Positions 58,391 to 64,000 of a stretch of 64,000 bases of DNA are shown here, piece by piece. Below the pieces are notes generated by a model that did no database searches, was not told the DNA's origin, and worked only from the letters and a program-made list of their open reading frames with translations. Position numbers and translations under genes: made by a program. The DNA lies in IMG/VR virus record IMGVR_UViG_3300028534_000016, positions 28,152 to 92,151 of that record. One strand, given 5' to 3'. The stretch is from a virus. Position 1 is the stretch's first letter. Every line of letters begins with the position of its first letter.

Positions 58391-60846
58391 TTAATCTTAA
58401 GTACTTTATTATACTCTATCTTTTTATCTAGGATAAGATTCTCTGTAGATAATACAGATACGTCAGCATTAGCAAATCTACCATACATACTTTCAAAATG
58501 TGATATGATAAATATTTGTTCAAATATATTACTTAATGATTTATCGATAGCCTCATAAGCATTTATTCTATGTACAGGGTCCATCGTTTTACCAAATTCA
58601 TCTAGTATTAATGGAGCACCTATAATCCCTAGATACTTCATGAATACTATTTTAAATGCTAAATCTATTATCTCTTTCATAGAGCTACTACCAAGACTTA
58701 CATCAGCAATAGTCTCATCGTTATTTACTAATACTGGAAATTTGTAATCTAAATCATTACCTTCACTAACAACACAAGGTAATAAGGTCATGTCATAACT
58801 CCAAATGCTGTTAATGATATTATTAATCTCGCTTATAAAAACATTAAGAAAACTATTGATGCTTTTAGCTATAAGTCCTTCTGTAGGACTAAGTTCTTTA
58901 ACCATAAGTTTTAGTATTTTCTCTTTCTCTTTATACTGTTCTAATTCTTTATTAATAATCTTTATTCTATCCTCCACAATATCACTATCTCTTAGTTTCT
59001 TCTCTATAGTAGATATTTCAAAATTAAGAAATTCTATTAATTCATTAAGTTTCTCATTTCTTAATTCTTCTATGCTAATCTTTAATTCTTTACTATGGTA
59101 TTTACTAATACTAACTAATTTTTTATAAACTGTTTGTAATTCTTGTAACGAATTTAGTTGTTTTTTATACTTAATAAGTTTATTCTCTAAAGAATATTTT
59201 TCATGGATAGCTTTACTTAAATCATTTTCTAATGCATCCAATGACTTTTCACTATATTGTTTCTTTAATTCGTTATTTGAATTAATAATAGTTAACTTGT
59301 TATTTAACTCGTTATACTTATCGAGATATCTATTATAATCCTTTAATCTATTAAGTACTAAATTTACCTCATTGGCATTACTGATTATTTGCGAAACATC
59401 TTTTTGTATATCTAAACCATTAATTATTACTTTAAAAACATTTAATAATGATTTATTATTAGATATATAAAGTCTTAACGATTTGATAACGGATTTCTTT
59501 TCTAATAACCTATTTAAAATAACTATCTCTTCTTCATATTGTTTTTTAAGTAACTCATACTTAGTACTTACTTCTTCTATTTTTCTAACAATATTAATAT
59601 GGTCTTGTTTATTGTAGTTAAGGTACCAACTATTGCCGCACTTGTCACAAGTTACTTTATCCTGTTTAAGATGTTCTTCCATATGGAGCTTATCATTTTT
59701 TAATTTAATAAGTAAATTATGCAGACCATCTACATTTTCTTTTAGCTTGTTTACTTTAAGTGTTAACTTTTCTTCTTCGTCCGTACTGTAATATATATCC
59801 TCGTAATCAGTAAGGTTACTTAACATACTAATAAATTCACTATAGAGATAATTGAAGTTATTAGCTATGCTTTGTATTTCTCTTAAATCAAACCCATATG
59901 TATTGATTTGTTCTAATTCCACTATTTTCTTCTTTATTTCATCTCTTTGTTTTGTTAACTCTATTAATTCTGTATTGGTAACACCAGTAGTGGATATCTT
60001 TTTTATCTCTATTATTTGTTTATTAAGAGAGTTTATTTTCTCTTCCAGTGCCTTAATATTAGCTTCAGTTTTAAACACTATTGTTTCTAGGTGATTTAAA
60101 TCTTTATTTTCTAAAGCTTCTAACTCTTTTAATATATTTTTAGCTTTTGATATATATGTTTTATTAAGCGTAACAATATCTATCTCTGGTAATTTCTCTA
60201 TGTTATTATTTTTAATATTAAGTATGTGTGTGAGCATCATTTTAAGAGCTTTTACATCTTCTTTTAACTTAACTCGATCATCAGTTGATAGTAACCGAAT
60301 ATCTTCTTGTAGTTGCTTATTTTGTGTTATTTTTATAGCACCCAATATATCTCTATGTCTTGATTTAAGTTTATTAAAAACATTGATGCTGTAACTATAG
60401 TCTATGTTAGAAATCATACTTAACCATTTCTTCCTATCGTTAACAGACATGTTAGTAAATAAAACATTACCTAAAAGTATTTCGTGTATCTGTGGTGTTA
60501 AACCGAAATGTTCTTCTACTAACTGTAGTTGTATCTTACGTATACCTGCCTGATTAAGTTCCTCTCCATTAACTCTAAAACTATGTTTCCCTTTACCAAC
60601 GACACCTGAAGTAATTAAATATTCTTTATTGTTATTTGTAATCTCTATTTGTTTGTATCCGTCTTCTTTATAGTCTTTTTTAAGGTCTGCCGGTAACGGA
60701 GTTAGCTCTCTTAATAATGAAGACTTACCACTACCGTTACCACCTAATAATATCTGAATAGGCATTTCAGGAGTATACTCTATCTTTTCTATATTGTTTA
60801 AAAACATTCTTTTATAACCAGAAAGTATTAATTTTTTTATTATCAT
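58384..60846 (-). CDS. sbcC: SbcC/Rad50-like SMC ATPase
   Basis: Walker A GGNGSGKS, zinc hook CDKC, signature SLGSSS, Walker B LILDE, H-loop ISH; ATG at 60846 after AGGAG. Confidence 0.9.
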   Translation of the reverse strand: MIIKKLILSGYKRMFLNNIEKIEYTPEMPIQILLGGNGSGKSSLLRELTPLPADLKKDYKEDGYKQIEITNNNKEYLITSGVVGKGKHSFRVNGEELNQAGIRKIQLQLVEEHFGLTPQIHEILLGNVLFTNMSVNDRKKWLSMISNIDYSYSINVFNKLKSRHRDILGAIKITQNKQLQEDIRLLSTDDRVKLKEDVKALKMMLTHILNIKNNNIEKLPEIDIVTLNKTYISKAKNILKELEALENKDLNHLETIVFKTEANIKALEEKINSLNKQIIEIKKISTTGVTNTELIELTKQRDEIKKKIVELEQINTYGFDLREIQSIANNFNYLYSEFISMLSNLTDYEDIYYSTDEEEKLTLKVNKLKENVDGLHNLLIKLKNDKLHMEEHLKQDKVTCDKCGNSWYLNYNKQDHINIVRKIEEVSTKYELLKKQYEEEIVILNRLLEKKSVIKSLRLYISNNKSLLNVFKVIINGLDIQKDVSQIISNANEVNLVLNRLKDYNRYLDKYNELNNKLTIINSNNELKKQYSEKSLDALENDLSKAIHEKYSLENKLIKYKKQLNSLQELQTVYKKLVSISKYHSKELKISIEELRNEKLNELIEFLNFEISTIEKKLRDSDIVEDRIKIINKELEQYKEKEKILKLMVKELSPTEGLIAKSINSFLNVFISEINNIINSIWSYDMTLLPCVVSEGNDLDYKFPVLVNNDETIADVSLGSSSMKEIIDLAFKIVFMKYLGIIGAPLILDEFGKTMDPVHRINAYEAIDKSLSNIFEQIFIISHFESMYGRFANADVSVLSTENLILDKKIEYNKVLKINN

Positions 60847-60924
60847 ATTTATTCTCCTCAAAATAGTAAGTGCGGTCAAAAATATAACCAGCATACCCTA
60901 AGGTATACTAGTTATAATATGTGT

Positions 60925-61138
60925 CCAAAGAAGGAAATTTGGTCAGCATACGATAGTGTAGCGCGATACACTATCGATAAAAAGGATGGGTCATCACTCC
61001 ATCCATGAACTCTTAAGGAGGTCATCAAAAAAAAAACTCGAAGGAGAACACGTACCAACAACAACACAGGCAAAGATGTTGTAACTAATCGTGAATTAGT
61101 TGCTCCGTTTATCGTCCAGCTCGACGTGTTTTTTTTAT
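60925..61138. ncRNA. candidate structured non-coding RNA
   Basis: Run of hairpins and a long-range AACACGT/ACGTGTT stem; GC elevated; no ORF. Confidence 0.4.
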
Positions 61139-61147
61139 TGTAAATTA

Positions 61148-61323
61148 AACTGTAACTAACTTAGACAGAATCCGTATATAAAATGTAAAAGATTATAATA
61201 CGATGCATGTGCATAATAAGTCGTAAATATTTAGAATATATGAATTGCGTTAGTTACAGAATATCGATTCTATCTCATATAATAAACAACTTATTTAAGT
61301 GAACTATTAAGTTAGTTACAGTT
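61148..61323. repeat. 16-bp perfect inverted repeat with a third internal partial copy
   Basis: AACTGTAACTAACTTA (61148-61163) / TAAGTTAGTTACAGTT (61308-61323); GTTAGTTACAG at 61249-61259. Confidence 0.8.
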
Positions 61324-61338
61324 AACAGGAGAATAAGA

Positions 61339-61806
61339 GTGAATTTAAAAGATACATATGATTTTTATGGTATAAATAAAGAGTTGCCTGCTAGGTTAAA
61401 AAAGGTATCTAATGGCGTATCTATTAGATATTACAGTCATAATTTAAAAAAACAAACAACTAGATTATTTAAACTCAGAAAGGGTTTTGGTAATAAAGGT
61501 ATTTTAGAAGATGCTTTAAAATTTGCATGGGCAAGTTATTTAGTTACCGATGACCCAGAATCAACTACGGGATATAAGGGTATCGAATTAAAAGAGCATG
61601 AAGGTAAATTCTACATAACTTATAGAAGAAATATGAATGGTAATTATAGAAGAAGATGTATTGAAGTTGATGAGACTAATTACAAAAAAGCTTTAGAATA
61701 CGCGGTAAATAATAAAGCAAAAGATAAAAAAATACCTATACATATTATCGTGGATACTACAAAAATAACAGAAACAATGAATAAGTTATTACATAAGGAT
61801 AAATAG
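61339..61806 (+). CDS. protein with tandem AP2-like DNA-binding domains
   Basis: Two repeats of a beta-beta-beta-alpha-like pattern ending LEDALKFA / YKKALEYA; GTG start after AGGAG. Confidence 0.5.
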   Translation: MNLKDTYDFYGINKELPARLKKVSNGVSIRYYSHNLKKQTTRLFKLRKGFGNKGILEDALKFAWASYLVTDDPESTTGYKGIELKEHEGKFYITYRRNMNGNYRRRCIEVDETNYKKALEYAVNNKAKDKKIPIHIIVDTTKITETMNKLLHKDK

Positions 61807-62471
61807 TGCGTAAAATATATTTTTTATTATTTTTATTTATATCACTACAAGGTGCAAGTATAGATCTTAAAAAGACATATAATAATTTACAATGTGATGA
61901 TCTTTATCGTATGCGAATATATAATAGTTGTTATAGCTATAGATATAGAGGACCTTTAGAAGTGGATTATACTATTTATGGTAATCTTATAGATAAAAAG
62001 AATTATGTTTCAAGTAGGTACTGGAGAGTATATCGTCCAATACCTAAAGAGTATAGACAACATAATTTTGATTATTACAAACAAGGCTACCATAAAGGAC
62101 ATTTAGCTAATGATGCAAATTTTGACTATGATAAAATACTGTCTAAATTAACATATTATCTAAGTGTAAATAGCGTCCCTATGTTACCTAGTGTAAATAG
62201 GTATTCATGGTATAAAGTAGAAGAAAGAGAAAGATATTTAGCTAGATTATACGAGAAAGTAAATGTTATTAATTTAGTAGATTACACTAGTAGCTATAAA
62301 AAATTAAATAATAATATTACCATACCTACAGGATTCTATAAAGTTATATACAATAAGAAAATGATGGAGTGTTACTATGTCCCAAATGAATTTGTTGACT
62401 ATAAGACTATTAAACTAAATGATTTTCTTATAAAATGTGATGATGTACCATACATATATTTAAAAAAATAA
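61806..62471 (+). CDS. secreted DNA/RNA non-specific endonuclease (NucA/Serratia family)
   Basis: Signal peptide MRKIYFLLFLFISLQGA; YHKGHLAND, NSVPM...NRYSWYKVE, IPTGFYKV. Confidence 0.85.
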   Translation: MRKIYFLLFLFISLQGASIDLKKTYNNLQCDDLYRMRIYNSCYSYRYRGPLEVDYTIYGNLIDKKNYVSSRYWRVYRPIPKEYRQHNFDYYKQGYHKGHLANDANFDYDKILSKLTYYLSVNSVPMLPSVNRYSWYKVEERERYLARLYEKVNVINLVDYTSSYKKLNNNITIPTGFYKVIYNKKMMECYYVPNEFVDYKTIKLNDFLIKCDDVPYIYLKK

Positions 62472-62473
62472 GT

Positions 62474-62507
62474 AGTTATAGTAGAAGCCAAGGCTTCTAC
62501 TATAACT
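62474..62507. terminator. hairpin between convergent genes
   Basis: AGTTATAGTAGAAGCC-AA-GGCTTCTACTATAACT. Confidence 0.75.
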
Positions 62508-62800
62508 TATTGTTTAATTATTTCTTCTTCTACTCTTGTGGTATTTTTATCTGATTGTTCTCTTAAACTATCTAATACATGTTTTTGTAAAGACGTACAT
62601 TCTAGTAGCTTAATAGTAGGCTCAAATCCTTCACCCTTAAAGTCACATTTAATTTTAGGTACTTTACATCCTGTTTCAATGTAAACTTTCTTAATTTTTG
62701 TAACCACAACTACATCGTGTTCTACTTCAGGATTTTTATCAGAACACCCGATAAGAAGTAATGTAGTAAAGGTTATTAACAAATATTTATAGATCTTCAT
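62507..62800 (-). CDS. o-spanin-like lipoprotein (Rz1-like)
   Basis: Lipobox LLIG|C; extra cysteines; overlaps the upstream TM/coiled-coil gene. Confidence 0.65.
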   Translation of the reverse strand: MKIYKYLLITFTTLLLIGCSDKNPEVEHDVVVVTKIKKVYIETGCKVPKIKCDFKGEGFEPTIKLLECTSLQKHVLDSLREQSDKNTTRVEEEIIKQ

Positions 62801-63197
62801 ATTTCATCTCCGATATTGCTTTATTAAGTTCTAATCCATCTTTACACAACCCATCTTGTAGTTTTTTCATATCAACATACTTACCGACTGTTTTATAGAT
62901 GTATTTGTATTTAACTTCTTTAGGTTTCTTTTTCCAAGCATTAAATTCAGATTGCACTTTAAGATATTTTTTATGGAGATCGTTTATCTCTTTATTTCTG
63001 TTATCTATCGCTATCTGTAACCCTCTTATTTCAGATTCCTTAAGAGCTAACTTAAGTTTTGTTTTATCGTGCAGGTTACTGCATTTTTCTAATTTAACCT
63101 GTAATTCCTCTATTTGGTTATTGAGACTATTGATCTTGTACCAAATAGAACCTACTATAAGTAGTACTCCAGCAATAATTGCTATTGTTCTATACAT
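62787..63197 (-). CDS. i-spanin-like protein (Rz-like)
   Basis: N-terminal TM followed by a long coiled coil. Confidence 0.65.
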   Translation of the reverse strand: MYRTIAIIAGVLLIVGSIWYKINSLNNQIEELQVKLEKCSNLHDKTKLKLALKESEIRGLQIAIDNRNKEINDLHKKYLKVQSEFNAWKKKPKEVKYKYIYKTVGKYVDMKKLQDGLCKDGLELNKAISEMKYEDL

Positions 63198-63261
63198 GTG
63201 TTCTCCTTCTCTGTATATTCAGATAATAGTATTTCGTTGATGAAATTATTAAGGAGAACAT

Positions 63262-64000
63262 ATGGTTAGTTTAAAAATTAGACCATGGGATCCTATAGAT
63301 GGATTAGAACATACAAGTACTAGTTGGCGAATAGCTACTGATATTGATATGACTAATATTCTAGAGGAGATAACAGACAGTACAATATGGTTAACACTAT
63401 GGTATAGCAATATAACGATACCAGCAAGTGTTACGTATTACGCACAAGCGCAAAGAACACTTAGTGATGGAACAGTTTTACCTTGGACAGAACCTATTCC
63501 TGTGCGTAATCATAATAACAGTACAAGTGTATTATTACATACTGAAGTTAAGATAGCTACACCTATTGTGAATATTGGCGGAGATGAAACTAATCTAATA
63601 GCTAGCACCGGAGAAGCTAAGTTAACTGCTGAAAGTCATTTTGCTACACATTGGATTATACGTAATGCTAATAAAGAAGTTATTTTTGTTAGCTTATACG
63701 ATGAAACTAATTTGACTTCATTAACAGTTAGTAAAGCATTATTAGATTATGATAATTTAGCAGGAATATATGTAGAGGCTATACATTTAACTGCTACTGG
63801 TATCGAATCTAAAATAGGATCTACATATAAAGATATACTAAGTACTAATTTTGAAATAACTACTAATTTAAAATATGTAGAACCATATACTGATTTAGTA
63901 TTGCGTTTTAGTAAGATAGATCCTACATTACCTATTGGTATTACTAAGATTAATTTAAAACCAATGTATGGCGACACAGTGTTGTACACACAGACATTTA
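63262..64000 (+). CDS. virion structural protein with repeated Ig/FN3-like units (3' truncated; not in ORF track)
   Basis: ATG after AAGGAG, open to the window end; repeated H-x-[ST/AT]-x-W-x-I units (HTSTSWRIA, HFATHWII...SLYDETNLTS). Confidence 0.7.
   Translation, partial: MVSLKIRPWDPIDGLEHTSTSWRIATDIDMTNILEEITDSTIWLTLWYSNITIPASVTYYAQAQRTLSDGTVLPWTEPIPVRNHNNSTSVLLHTEVKIATPIVNIGGDETNLIASTGEAKLTAESHFATHWIIRNANKEVIFVSLYDETNLTSLTVSKALLDYDNLAGIYVEAIHLTATGIESKIGSTYKDILSTNFEITTNLKYVEPYTDLVLRFSKIDPTLPIGITKINLKPMYGDTVLYTQTF

Noticed and set aside
1-64000. Stop-codon reassignment (genetic code 15 or 4)
   Set aside because: Genes are full length and tightly packed in code 11, and TAG/TGA end ORFs at sensible boundaries; the interruptions are explained by introns
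1-64000. CRISPR array
   Set aside because: No regularly spaced direct repeats; the palindromes are dispersed at gene ends

Overview
The window is an internal, very AT-rich (roughly 30% GC by eye) segment of a phiKZ-like, nucleus-forming jumbo phage genome (Chimalliviridae-like). No database searches were run: family calls rest on motifs I recognise and on gene order relative to phiKZ, so gp numbers are indicative. Core content: a chimallin/ChmA shell gene (42486-44351), PhuZ tubulin (53561-54604), a two-gene split family B DNA polymerase, a non-virion RNAP beta' N-terminal subunit, a virion RNAP beta' C-terminal subunit, the gp84-gp101-like head/baseplate block, a central spike, SbcC, a partial RecJ, a holin, a spanin pair, an HNH endonuclease, a secreted non-specific nuclease and a 1240-aa tailspike with two beta-helix modules. 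The ORF track misses four group I introns, which I mapped to the nucleotide. Two lie in the exonuclease/motif-A polymerase gene (556 aa spliced). Two flank a 126-nt exon carrying the RNAP catalytic NADFDGD motif (488 aa spliced). Other notable signals: an in-frame T TTT TTC heptamer placed to fuse two tail-assembly-chaperone-like ORFs by -1 frameshifting, two structured GC-elevated intergenic elements (about 55.8-56.05 kb and 60.9-61.3 kb), a family of long palindromes at gene junctions, a shared early-promoter-like motif, and an internal-head gene that appears to start at ATA. Spanins indicate a Gram-negative host; Campylobacterota is a guess. No tRNA, rRNA or CRISPR array was found.
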